This document shows, piece after piece, positions 50,893 through 60,812 of a DNA stretch of 64,000 nucleotides. Source of the stretch: a bacterium (GTDB taxonomy: Bacteria > Hinthialibacterota > Hinthialibacteria > Hinthialibacterales > Hinthialibacteraceae); NCBI GenBank assembly GCA_963662285.2, contig CAXXMV010000008.1, positions 96,001 to 160,000 on the forward strand, in the 5' to 3' direction. A program made the translations under genes and the position numbers. The notes under the pieces were generated by a model. It did not search any database and was not told where the DNA came from. It worked only from the letters and a program-made list of their open reading frames with translations. Position 1 is the stretch's first letter. Each line of letters begins with the position of its first letter.

Positions 50893-51326
50893 ATGCCAAC
50901 GGAGTTGAGGCACAAAGAAATATTCCAAGCAATGGATGATATATTTATCCAATAGACCGTTCGATTACTGTTGCACGCATACTTTGGACCTTATTTATTA
51001 AGTTTGAACGAATAATTGTAATATTTTTGTGATACCCCGGAATGTAGTAAATTTTAAATCTCTCAATATTCAGGATTTAGCAATCCAGGTATACATATGC
51101 AAAATCCTAATACTTAAAAAAACGTGTTGGATTCTCACCCAGAGTAGACTCTTGATTGTTTTTTTATAATAATTTTCTTGATTTTATTATGCTATGTCGT
51201 TATTGGGAGAAATCTTGGTTAGGCGTGTCTCTTTTCATATAATAGAATTGATTCATGTTAAACTAGTATAAACAATCAATTTCTCATCATCCTGTTGCAT
51301 TTAAAAAATAATGAGAGTATAGGCTT

Positions 51327-54300
51327 ATGAGAAAAATATATTTATCAATTTGTTTCACTATAGGATTTGTTTTATGTGTACAGGTCAGTACATCTCAAAC
51401 TCCTCCGATTTGGCGATATTGGTCTACGGTGAACGGGCTTTCTGAGCCCTGGGCTGCTTTTTTATCAATCGCTCCCAATGGCAATCTATGGATTTCTCTG
51501 GATAATTATACAGATTTCAACTGCTTAAATGGTTTCAATATTCATTCACTTCACGGCGGATCAGGAGATTTCCCAGTAAAAGAAGGAGATTCCGGACAAC
51601 TTTGGACCATGTATTGGGATAAAAAGTGGTTCGATTTGGGGGGATTCCATTTATACAAAGATGGAGATTGGTTGAAGTTTGAAATCAAAGAATTTAAACC
51701 GCAATTATACCCCATACCTTTTATTCCTTTCGGACACGACCGGGTACTTTTTTTAATGCCTGACCGGCTAATGGTTTTTGACGCTGCTACTCAAAAAACA
51801 GATACAATCCGAAATATTTCCGATACCGATCTAGAGAGATTCAACGATATGACACCGGCAAAAGGAGGAGGTCTTTGGATTACCGGTAAAAAAGGCGCAA
51901 TAATAATTCCTTCCATTACGGACGAAATCAGATCCCGTTCCCAAATTCATGAATATGTTTTTAATAAGAATCTGGGTATTCACAATCTTTGGTATCCATT
52001 CGAAGGCGATAATGGTGAATTATATGGTACAGCAAATATAGTCAATGGATCGGGAGAAGTATTTGTATGCACAGATCGTGATGAATGGAAAACATTATAT
52101 TCATCCGACAAGGATGTCATGATAGGCGTTCCCAGCCTTGGCGACAGTTACTGGATAGTAAAAGGCCAAAATGACTTTAATCGATATTGGAGATACAATA
52201 GAAGCGCATTAAGAAAATACTGGTTTGGATTGAACTTTTTCTCGTTAACGCTCGTCAAGGGAAACCAGAAACAAGTTGTACAGAATAATAGGATATTATC
52301 GGGATATCTTGAATGGATTGAGACTGAACCGAGCGGTGTTTCTTGGTTCTCAACATCACACGGCTTGGCGCGTTATGCACCGAGTTCTTGGAGAGAGTGC
52401 GTAGAAACCGGAGGAGAAAAGATAATATGCTGGAGAATTTGTAAAGACAAGAAAGGCCGCATCTGGTTTCTATGTGAAAAACAACTGATTTGCTATTATG
52501 ATGATCAATGGAAATTCTATACATTACCCTCGGAACGTGCACGATACAATCTTTGCTTACTGAATGATGGGCGTTTAGTCATACCAGTATGGGGCAGGGA
52601 TTTTTGGATATTCAATCCCGAAACTGAAAGATTCGAAACGGTTTCGCATCCAGATAGACGATTTATTGGACTAATGTCCACTTCTAACGATGGCCGTGTA
52701 TTAATGGAAACTAGTATTGATGGTACGGCAAGATTAGAGATCTATGATGGGAAAGAATTTCAAACTTTATATCAACATAAATTTGACCAAGCAGACCTTA
52801 TTGCTGACCAATGGGGAATTGGGAGTTGGACCTGGTCGCTCATTATGCAAGAAAATGGAGAAATCTGGCTCGGTGGAAATAATATTGGCGGTTTGGCCCG
52901 ATTCAAAGATAATCAGTTATCGATCATCAAAGAAGCGAAAAGTCATGTAGATTCAAGAATTGAATGTATCGCTGATGTAGGAGAGGGAAAACTTTGGATA
53001 GGAGGTAGAAATAAGATTTATGAGTATGATAGCGAGAACTTTACCTGTGTTAGAGCAGGTTTTGATGGAATTTTTTCTATAAGAAAAACATCAGATGGAA
53101 GTATCTGGGTCGCTTCCGGCGCTGGACTGTATCGCTATTTTAATGATTCGTGGGTATCAAACTCTGTTGATGAAGGGATGCCGGACGCAGCGATTTACGA
53201 TATCTATGAAGACAGTCTTGGCCGAATGTGGATTGGATCTGAAGAGGGTATTTTTTTGTATCATTCTGATGCGGATAAAGATTCGCCGAATGTCCAAATG
53301 AATGAAAGTAAGAACGTTGAGGAAATAGTACCGGATGGTAATACTCAATTTGTTTATTCGGGAATAGATAAATGGAATTACTCAAAGAAGGACCGCCTTC
53401 TTTATTCTCATCGAATCGATGACGGGAATTGGTCATCATACTCAGAAGATACCGTCTCTAGTAATTCAGGGTTAAGTACAGGTAGTCATCGTTTCCAAGT
53501 CCGTGCAATGGACCGAAACTGGAACGTTTCTGTACCCGTATCTTGGGATTTTACAGTTATACGTCCCTGGTATAAACAACCTGGATTTCTAATTACCACA
53601 ACAATAAGCACAATTCTCATTATACTATTTATCGGAGTGTCGATAAATAGGCATCTCCGATTACAATCTAGTTACACTGATCTAAAAACAACACACAATC
53701 ATCTTAAACAAGCACAATCACAGCTCATCCAATCTGAAAAAATGGCATCTCTTGGGCAACTGGTTGCCGGAATCGCGCATGAAATTAACAATCCCATAGG
53801 ATTTATTAAAAGCAATATCGCACCTTTGAAAGAATATCTCGCTAACGCATTTCACTTCATATCCGCCATCAGACAGAAAACCAGTGAATATGACCAGCTT
53901 TATCAGGAGGCCGACCTGGATTACGTACAAAAAGACAGTAACAAACTAATCAAGGCCATGGAGGATGGTTCAAATCGGATTACGGAAATTGTATCAGGAC
54001 TCCGCCATTACACGCGAATCGATAAAGATTACCGATCGCCCTACGATCTTCATGAAGCCATCGATTCAACGTTAACCCTGCTTCATAGCCGGTATAAAGA
54101 TCGTGTATCAATCTATAAGGACTATAGTAATATCCACAATGTCACATGCTCTCCAGGTCAAATCAACCAAGTATTTTTGAATTTACTGAGCAATGCGATA
54201 GATGCCATTGAAGGAGAAGGTAACATCTGGATCAAAACACATCAAGAAGCAAATAACGTAATTGTGAAAATCCGTGATGATGGCAAAGGTATCCCCAAAG

Positions 54301-54485
54301 AAAACCTCATTAAAATTTTCGATCCGTTTTTCACAACAAAACCTGTGGGCCAAGGAACCGGTCTAGGTCTATCAATCTCATACGGTATCATAGAGCAGCA
54401 TGGAGGAGAGATAACAGTTGAGAGTGACACCGGGAAAGGGACAACTTTTAGGGTGACTTTCCCGATAAAGAAACAAGCGGAATAG
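51327..54485 (+). CDS. Sensor histidine kinase with periplasmic beta-propeller + Y_Y_Y domain
   Basis: D..G.IW repeats, Y.HRIDD..WS..G.H.FQVRA, TM, SEKMASLGQLVAGIAHEINNP (H-box), N-box, DDGKG, FFTTK and GTGLGL. Confidence 0.92.
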   Translation: MRKIYLSICFTIGFVLCVQVSTSQTPPIWRYWSTVNGLSEPWAAFLSIAPNGNLWISLDNYTDFNCLNGFNIHSLHGGSGDFPVKEGDSGQLWTMYWDKKWFDLGGFHLYKDGDWLKFEIKEFKPQLYPIPFIPFGHDRVLFLMPDRLMVFDAATQKTDTIRNISDTDLERFNDMTPAKGGGLWITGKKGAIIIPSITDEIRSRSQIHEYVFNKNLGIHNLWYPFEGDNGELYGTANIVNGSGEVFVCTDRDEWKTLYSSDKDVMIGVPSLGDSYWIVKGQNDFNRYWRYNRSALRKYWFGLNFFSLTLVKGNQKQVVQNNRILSGYLEWIETEPSGVSWFSTSHGLARYAPSSWRECVETGGEKIICWRICKDKKGRIWFLCEKQLICYYDDQWKFYTLPSERARYNLCLLNDGRLVIPVWGRDFWIFNPETERFETVSHPDRRFIGLMSTSNDGRVLMETSIDGTARLEIYDGKEFQTLYQHKFDQADLIADQWGIGSWTWSLIMQENGEIWLGGNNIGGLARFKDNQLSIIKEAKSHVDSRIECIADVGEGKLWIGGRNKIYEYDSENFTCVRAGFDGIFSIRKTSDGSIWVASGAGLYRYFNDSWVSNSVDEGMPDAAIYDIYEDSLGRMWIGSEEGIFLYHSDADKDSPNVQMNESKNVEEIVPDGNTQFVYSGIDKWNYSKKDRLLYSHRIDDGNWSSYSEDTVSSNSGLSTGSHRFQVRAMDRNWNVSVPVSWDFTVIRPWYKQPGFLITTTISTILIILFIGVSINRHLRLQSSYTDLKTTHNHLKQAQSQLIQSEKMASLGQLVAGIAHEINNPIGFIKSNIAPLKEYLANAFHFISAIRQKTSEYDQLYQEADLDYVQKDSNKLIKAMEDGSNRITEIVSGLRHYTRIDKDYRSPYDLHEAIDSTLTLLHSRYKDRVSIYKDYSNIHNVTCSPGQINQVFLNLLSNAIDAIEGEGNIWIKTHQEANNVIVKIRDDGKGIPKENLIKIFDPFFTTKPVGQGTGLGLSISYGIIEQHGGEITVESDTGKGTTFRVTFPIKKQAE

Positions 54486-54574
54486 GCTTTTCTACGCAAT
54501 CCATAATTGAAAATCTATGACCGAAAATGGCGTTTGGATTTCAGGGTGACGCGCAAGCGACATATTGATCGCGC

Positions 54575-54613
54575 AGGCGCCAAGGGCAAGACCGCAAAGC
54601 GGTCAGCCCTTGT
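54575..54613 (+). repeat. REP family 1, type B; left member of a mixed doublet
   Basis: AGGCGC-CAAGGGC-AA-GACCGC-AAA-GCGGTC-A-GCCCTTG. Confidence 0.88.
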
Positions 54614-54634
54614 TATCACTTATTATGGGGGGGA

Positions 54635-54666
54635 TCAAGGACATAAAAATTCTGCCCTTAGCGCCT
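54635..54666 (-). repeat. REP family 1, type A-like, degenerate; right member of a mixed doublet
   Basis: Minus strand AGGCGCTAAGGGCAGAATTTTTATGTCCTTGA. Confidence 0.7.
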
Positions 54667-54695
54667 GCAATATTCTTTCTCTAAAAAATGTCCAA

Positions 54696-57221
54696 CTAAT
54701 AAACCGACCAATCATTGATGCCAACAGGGAGATAGCCTTCCAGATATTCTCTCCGTTCTTTTATGAAACGCTTGAGCGTTGCGTATGAGTCCCTGATTTG
54801 TTGAGAACGCTGGTTGATATAACGCCCGGTTTGTTGCTTAATTAAATCCAGATCATCCAATAATAGTTGCTCGTCTGCATCTATCTTGCTATACATCTTT
54901 TCTAGAGTGAAATGTTTGTTGAAAGTGCTAGCCAGTTTATCCAGGTACAACTGATAAAAATCAGCGTCTTTGTGCAGCGGAGAAGTAACAACTCCCGGAG
55001 AACGTGAGACGTTGTTGTCTCCAATAGCTCTTCCATCAATGGGAAAACTCAGAGGCATTTTGGAATACATGGGGCCGGTGTTGGGCGGCGGGGTGGAGCC
55101 CCAGATCCAATCCAAATCCCAGGGAATCATTTCCCAACGGTTGGTATCCGGGTCGCGATACAGCCAGTTGTTGTTCCAGTATCCATCCCAGTTGCTCACG
55201 AATATGCTGGCCGCGCTATAAGCCAGAAACTCATCAACATCAATATTTTCATCAATTGCCTTTTGCCGAATGGTTTTGTTGGACGATGATAAATTGCGTA
55301 TCAAGTCATCTATGGCCTCTGTACCTTCATCTTTATTGGTATGCTTCTCCAAACCAGAACTTTTATGATCCATCTTATATAAGTCGCCATCTGGGTTGCG
55401 GTCATGGAGTTCGAGAAAATTCTCGTTTACCTGTTGGATAACCAGCTGTTGCGTCTGAATATCATTGGATGAAGCAGGAAGTTGGATAATCCGGTAGAAC
55501 TCAGCCCATGAAGAAGGAACCTCCATCTCATTGAAAAACCAGTAGCCCAAATGCTCGCGGTATGGAGAACTGATCCCCGCGTTGGTGCCTCCGGTTGGAA
55601 TTTCCGGGATAATATTAATGGTTCGGTCTCCATAAAATTCATCCCCTTTAAGAAAGCGGATTTTCTTCCGGTTGCTGGCTGATGGTATGACAAGCACTCC
55701 ATCAAATAACCTGGGATGATCATCACCGACTTGCTTTGCAACAGCTGCGCCGTAATAATCAGATGAAGCAACCACAGTACTTTTCTTAGGAGACATGATC
55801 CAGAGAAGAGGCAGAGATGATTCTATTTCATCGTCATAGACGAAATAAGAGATAAAAGGCTTCGGTTCGGCTGCATGTGGTAATAACTGGGATACGCCAT
55901 TTGTTAGATTAACTATCACACTTGAACGAACCAGGTTTTGAGAAGGCATTGATGGAAGAATGGCTTCATAGGTAGCAGATTCAATTCCATCCGCAATCTT
56001 AGACATCTGAATCTTATGGCTATCTTCCTCCAATCCCATTAATAACGTAGGCGCCAAATAAAAGTCAGAACTGCCGCCGCGGGAAGTATTAAATCCAACC
56101 AGGGCAATTATGTTATTGCCTTCAACCAGTACACCATCGCTTATACTGAATGTAGAGACTTCATCTGACTCAAAAGTACTATTAGCCAAAGAAGTATGAG
56201 TGTAGTCTTGCGGAGCATTGGCGCGGGCGATTTCAACGCCATTCAAATAACAGATAAATCCATCATCATAATAAATAGATAGAGTAAGGTCATCCGTCAT
56301 ATCGGTGGAATCAACCGAAAACTCTTTACGCAGGTATACCGTTGAATAGCCGCCCTGCATATCTGAAAAATTAGTATTGACATGATTAACATCGCCATAT
56401 CCAAAACCGCCATAACCTTCATCCCAGGAAGAATCATCAAACGATTCTAAAATCCAGTTAATTGAGGATGATGGCGCCGTACGGCCTTTCCAGTAACGCC
56501 ATTTACTATTTGCACTAACCAGAACGTTTTCCGGTGGATTCTCAGAAAGGCTTTCGTATATCAGATCTACGGATTTTATAGTATCCGGCGCATCGAAAGC
56601 AATCTGAATCTTAACTTGATCCGATGATGTAGGATGCTCTGGAATAATTGCATGATTGGTGATTACTGGAGTCGCAATAGTCCCCACTATGGAGTTAGCT
56701 CTTCCAGGCGTTCCTTCATCCTGTAATGAAGAGCGCCATGAATGAAAATCATCGGCCTCCAGGCTCCAAGCAATGCGCTCCAATGAAGAACCATAACCAT
56801 CAGCCCCCAAAGGCCAGGGGAACGAATCGCTGTACTTAAATTCATCAACGATGGAATCATCAGCGCGCGCCAGGGTTAAACGCTCGCCCGAATTAGACAG
56901 TTTTCCTTCATAGGGGCCAACTATCTTAAATGCGCTATTGCGCCAGGTTCTATGAGTCAGGTTTTTAGCGATAACAATATATGACTTAGAATATAATAAA
57001 GTATTGTCGGGAAAGGCGAACTGCACTCCTTTAGTGAACTTATAACCAGTTAAATCAATGTCCTCATCTCCTGAATTATAGAGTTCGATAAACTCACGAT
57101 ATGAACCATCTTCCAGATCATCATCAGGTGGATTGTAATGAATTTCGTTAATGACTACATCAGAATAACAATTGATTCCCAATAAAATACATAAAACTGA
57201 ACAAACTATCAAAATCCTCAT
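54696..57221 (-). CDS. Secreted lamin-tail-domain + CotH-kinase-like protein
   Basis: VVINEIHYNP..EFIELYN (LTD); GDLYK, NWDGYWNN..LY and PWDLD (CotH). Start placed at ATG 57221 (MRILIV), behind GGGGAG. Confidence 0.85.
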   Translation of the reverse strand: MRILIVCSVLCILLGINCYSDVVINEIHYNPPDDDLEDGSYREFIELYNSGDEDIDLTGYKFTKGVQFAFPDNTLLYSKSYIVIAKNLTHRTWRNSAFKIVGPYEGKLSNSGERLTLARADDSIVDEFKYSDSFPWPLGADGYGSSLERIAWSLEADDFHSWRSSLQDEGTPGRANSIVGTIATPVITNHAIIPEHPTSSDQVKIQIAFDAPDTIKSVDLIYESLSENPPENVLVSANSKWRYWKGRTAPSSSINWILESFDDSSWDEGYGGFGYGDVNHVNTNFSDMQGGYSTVYLRKEFSVDSTDMTDDLTLSIYYDDGFICYLNGVEIARANAPQDYTHTSLANSTFESDEVSTFSISDGVLVEGNNIIALVGFNTSRGGSSDFYLAPTLLMGLEEDSHKIQMSKIADGIESATYEAILPSMPSQNLVRSSVIVNLTNGVSQLLPHAAEPKPFISYFVYDDEIESSLPLLWIMSPKKSTVVASSDYYGAAVAKQVGDDHPRLFDGVLVIPSASNRKKIRFLKGDEFYGDRTINIIPEIPTGGTNAGISSPYREHLGYWFFNEMEVPSSWAEFYRIIQLPASSNDIQTQQLVIQQVNENFLELHDRNPDGDLYKMDHKSSGLEKHTNKDEGTEAIDDLIRNLSSSNKTIRQKAIDENIDVDEFLAYSAASIFVSNWDGYWNNNWLYRDPDTNRWEMIPWDLDWIWGSTPPPNTGPMYSKMPLSFPIDGRAIGDNNVSRSPGVVTSPLHKDADFYQLYLDKLASTFNKHFTLEKMYSKIDADEQLLLDDLDLIKQQTGRYINQRSQQIRDSYATLKRFIKERREYLEGYLPVGINDWSVY

Positions 57222-57360
57222 ATTTAAATTGCTCCCCACGCATAAATTGAATAATCCATCAAGAATACCTTGAGAAGAACTCACAAGATATCTATTACAA
57301 TATCACATTATCAGGTTTATTATCTACTCTTATTACAGTAGGAAAGTCTTATATATCAAA

Positions 57361-58218
57361 TCAAACATGTTTCCAGGCGTTATATGAGCTACGCACGAAT
57401 GGAGCTGATTCAACATGTTTGAAGCCAATTTCTTTACCAATAACCTTGTACTCATCAAAAACATCCGGGTGGATATACTCAAATACGGGAAAATGTTTCA
57501 TCGATGGCCTGAGATATTGCCCGATGGTTAATATTGAACAACCCACCTCGCGCAGGTCATGCATCAACTGAATCATCTCATCTTTTTCTTCGCCTAATCC
57601 AACCATGACTCCGGATTTTGTGGAAATTTCCGGTTTAATCTCTCCCGCACGACGCAGCAACTCCAGGCTGCGCGGATATTTAGCAGCAGGTCTCACTTCC
57701 GGATAAAGCCGGGGAACCGTCTCCAGATTATGGTTAAGAATGGCGATATCCGCTTGCATCACTTTAGCTAGTGAATCCAAATCTCCCCGAAAATCTGGAA
57801 TCAATATCTCTACAGTGGTTTGAGAATTGATATTTTTTATCTGATTAACCGTTTCAGCAATATGAGCAGCCCCCCCATCGTCCAGATCATCTCTGGTAAC
57901 CGATGTTAAAACAACATGTTTGAGTTGCATCTTATCCACAGAATCCGCCACCAACGCTGGTTCATCCGGATCAGGATTATCCGGCTTCCCGCCTTGCACG
58001 GCGCAAAAAGAACACGAACGGGTGCAAACTTCTCCCAAGAGTAAAAAGGTTGCCGTCCCATGATGCCAGCACTCGCCTTTATTAGGACACATGGCCTCTT
58101 CACAGATGGTATTCAATTTATGAGAATGAACAATATCGCGGGTTTTATTAAAAGATTTGCCGGAAACGGTTTTGATCCGTATCCATTCAGGTTTTGGAAT
58201 ACGATTATTTTTTGTCAT
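57361..58218 (-). CDS. lipA: Lipoyl synthase
   Basis: CEEAMCPNKGEC, CTRSCSFC (radical SAM), NHNLETV, GQYLRP and VRSSY motifs. Confidence 0.97.
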   Translation of the reverse strand: MTKNNRIPKPEWIRIKTVSGKSFNKTRDIVHSHKLNTICEEAMCPNKGECWHHGTATFLLLGEVCTRSCSFCAVQGGKPDNPDPDEPALVADSVDKMQLKHVVLTSVTRDDLDDGGAAHIAETVNQIKNINSQTTVEILIPDFRGDLDSLAKVMQADIAILNHNLETVPRLYPEVRPAAKYPRSLELLRRAGEIKPEISTKSGVMVGLGEEKDEMIQLMHDLREVGCSILTIGQYLRPSMKHFPVFEYIHPDVFDEYKVIGKEIGFKHVESAPFVRSSYNAWKHV

Positions 58219-58455
58219 AATTAGGCGTTTATCTTAATTGTAATGAATATTTTACATATTTTAGCCGATCTCCATCAAAAACAATAAGCCCCGGGAAAAA
58301 CAGGATTTACCCATCTAAACGACTTTTTGGCGCAGTTTATATATTAAAATTCGTGCCACAATGACTCAAATACTCAAGTTACCCACCTATAAATCAATTC
58401 AATAAAAAAACGTTATCCCCTGAATAACAAGTATATTACAAAAATTTTCACAGTA

Positions 58456-58471
58456 TGGAATACTACTTGCT
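58456..58471 (+). promoter_or_regulatory. Candidate sigma54 -24/-12 promoter upstream of the second htrA
   Basis: TGGAATACTACTTGCT has GG-N10-GC spacing with TTGC, 40 nt before the ATG; imperfect -24 box. Confidence 0.35.
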
Positions 58472-58510
58472 TATTCATATTTCAAACTAGATAAGTTTTT
58501 TAACGGTAAA

Positions 58511-59935
58511 ATGAAAAATAATCGATCTATAAAATCCATATCTTTTTTAATCAGTTTAGCGACCGCCTTTTTCTTCACAGGGAATGCGGAAAGCGCAAAC
58601 TATGATCGCCGCACTCCCATAGTTGAAACTGTAGAAAAAGTCTTGCCCGCTGTAGTTAATATCAGCACATCCAAGACCGTCTCGGTGAACCGTTCACCTT
58701 TTCCACGCAATTTCCGGACGCCGTTTGATGAAATTTTCAAAGAACAATACAAACTCGAAGGTCTTGGTTCCGGCGTTTTGATTGAAGGCGGATATATCAT
58801 AACCAATAACCACGTTATATCTTACGATGAATATAAGGTGGGCCCAGCAGATAGAATTCAAGTTACTATATATAATGAAAAAGAAACCCGTGAAGCAGTA
58901 TTGATCGGCGCTAATCCCGATGAAGATGTCGCCATACTTAAACTTAATGGATTCATTCCACAACATTATCTCTCATGGGGTCGCTCAGATGACCTGATGA
59001 TCGGCGAAACCGTCATTGCTGCAGGTAGTTCTCTGGGTCAACCATTCACCGTAACTACCGGAATTATAAGCGCTTTGAACCGTACTATCGCTATCAACCA
59101 GGACCGGCAATACTCAAATTTGATTCAAACTAACGCCGACATCAACCAAGGCAACAGCGGCGGACCATTAGTTAATATTAACGGAGAATTCATCGGCCTA
59201 AACACCATGATCCTCTCGCCATCCGGCGGTTCAGTGGGCTTGGGATTCGCCATCCCTGTTTCACGAGTAAAAAAAATATTCGATTATTGGGTAAACGGCA
59301 TCATATCACTCGAAGATCAACTGGGAATCAAAACCCAGGATTTGACGCCTCAATACATAAGATATTTTAAGCAAGAATACGAATCATTGCATGAAGAGAA
59401 ACTAACCGGAGTATTTATAAACGAAATGCCCCGCGTCGGACCAGCTTCTGATTATTTATATCCCTTAGATATTATTCTTGAAATTAACGGGCATCAAATT
59501 GAAGATTGCGCTGATTTTTATAATCAACTTGAAGAAAATAAAAATAACGAAATCCTCTTTAAGATTATCCGTAAAGGCCAGAAATTCCCGGTCCGCTTCC
59601 ACACGCCCAACAACAAAGTGCAAACTGAAACTTTCTCAGGAATGACTTTGCAGGAACTGGATAATGCCTGGCATAGATGGTTCACCCTTCCGGATAATTT
59701 CAAAGGTTTAGTAATTCTTTCGGTAAAAGAGGGCAGCGAAGCAGAAAAAATGGGAATCAGACGCGGCGACGTTCTGGTTAACCTCAACAATGAAATAGAT
59801 CTCACTTCATTAGAGGATATCAAAGCAGCCAAAGAAGATTTAAAGAAGGAGAAATACCTCTTGCTGCTTATGTATAGACATATCAGCAAAGACGACTGGA
59901 AGCCGCAACGGATTCAATTATCGAATTCTGATTAA
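58511..59935 (+). CDS. HtrA-family trypsin-like serine protease with PDZ domains
   Basis: RRTPIV, LGSGVLI, TNNHVI, DVAIL and INQGNSGGPL motifs. Confidence 0.92.
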   Translation: MKNNRSIKSISFLISLATAFFFTGNAESANYDRRTPIVETVEKVLPAVVNISTSKTVSVNRSPFPRNFRTPFDEIFKEQYKLEGLGSGVLIEGGYIITNNHVISYDEYKVGPADRIQVTIYNEKETREAVLIGANPDEDVAILKLNGFIPQHYLSWGRSDDLMIGETVIAAGSSLGQPFTVTTGIISALNRTIAINQDRQYSNLIQTNADINQGNSGGPLVNINGEFIGLNTMILSPSGGSVGLGFAIPVSRVKKIFDYWVNGIISLEDQLGIKTQDLTPQYIRYFKQEYESLHEEKLTGVFINEMPRVGPASDYLYPLDIILEINGHQIEDCADFYNQLEENKNNEILFKIIRKGQKFPVRFHTPNNKVQTETFSGMTLQELDNAWHRWFTLPDNFKGLVILSVKEGSEAEKMGIRRGDVLVNLNNEIDLTSLEDIKAAKEDLKKEKYLLLLMYRHISKDDWKPQRIQLSNSD

Positions 59936-59991
59936 CAAATATAAGTCTTAACTCAATATAGTTTTCACGATTTAAGGAATAGGAACATACA

Positions 59992-60672
59992 ATGGTTAAA
60001 AAAGCAACTTTTCCTGACTTTGATGAATCAAAAACAAAGGATAAAACCAAAAAAGGTCAAAACCTCGATATAAAAGAGGATTTGACAAAAGAACAAAATA
60101 TGGCGCCGGAAGAAGACGCTAAAGATAGCGACGCACAAAACGTGGTAAATCTTAAATCCGATGATATTGCGTTATCTGCGGAAGATATTGAAAAAATTAT
60201 CCACGAACGGGACGATTACCTCAAGCATCTTCAACGCCTTCAAGCGGATTTTGATAATTACCGCAAACGGATTCAAAAAGAGAAAGCTCAATTGCGTGAT
60301 TTCCTGGTTCAGGATATTCTGACCAGCCTATTGGAAGTGATTGATAATATGGACCGCGCTCTACATCCTGATAATGACACTCATGATGTAGATTCATACC
60401 GGCAAGGCGTGGAAATGGTTTTCCAACAGTTCATGAATATACTTAAAGAGCATGGCCTAACTCGCGTAGAAACAGATGGTAAGATGTTTGATCCTCGGTT
60501 CCATGAAGCAATCGGGCAAGTAGAAACAGACCAGCATGAACCGGGAACTATCATATCTGAATTCTTGCCGGGATACGCTATCAATGAACGAATTTTACGA
60601 GCGCCTAAAGTGCAAGTAGCTACTCAAATTAAAGATATTGATGAAAAAGCAGATGAATTATCACCAAAATGA
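59992..60672 (+). CDS. grpE: Nucleotide exchange factor GrpE
   Basis: RLQADFDNYRKR, FDPRFHEA and GY..NERILRAPKVQV motifs. Confidence 0.95.
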   Translation: MVKKATFPDFDESKTKDKTKKGQNLDIKEDLTKEQNMAPEEDAKDSDAQNVVNLKSDDIALSAEDIEKIIHERDDYLKHLQRLQADFDNYRKRIQKEKAQLRDFLVQDILTSLLEVIDNMDRALHPDNDTHDVDSYRQGVEMVFQQFMNILKEHGLTRVETDGKMFDPRFHEAIGQVETDQHEPGTIISEFLPGYAINERILRAPKVQVATQIKDIDEKADELSPK

Positions 60673-60719
60673 ACTGCTATAGAAAGTCTCATAGTTAAAA
60701 TAGAAAAGTTTATAGAACA

Positions 60720-60763
60720 GATTACCAGAAATTGATTACGGAATAGATTACGGAATAGATTAC
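60720..60763 (+). repeat. Short tandem repeat in the grpE-dnaK spacer
   Basis: GATTAC at 60720, 60734, 60746 and 60758; the unit GATTACGGAATA occurs twice exactly. Confidence 0.7.
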
Positions 60764-60812
60764 AAAATTAATCATCTATAGATGAGAATTGAAAACATAG
60801 GAGTTAATTATC

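Noticed and set aside
2603-54666. Palindromic repeats as a CRISPR array
   Set aside because: Copies are dispersed singly or as inverted pairs, not regularly spaced with unique spacers; no cas genes.
42286-57300. Genomic island integrated at tRNA-Glu
   Set aside because: Accessory-looking genes follow the tRNA, but I found no integrase and no duplicated tRNA 3' end.
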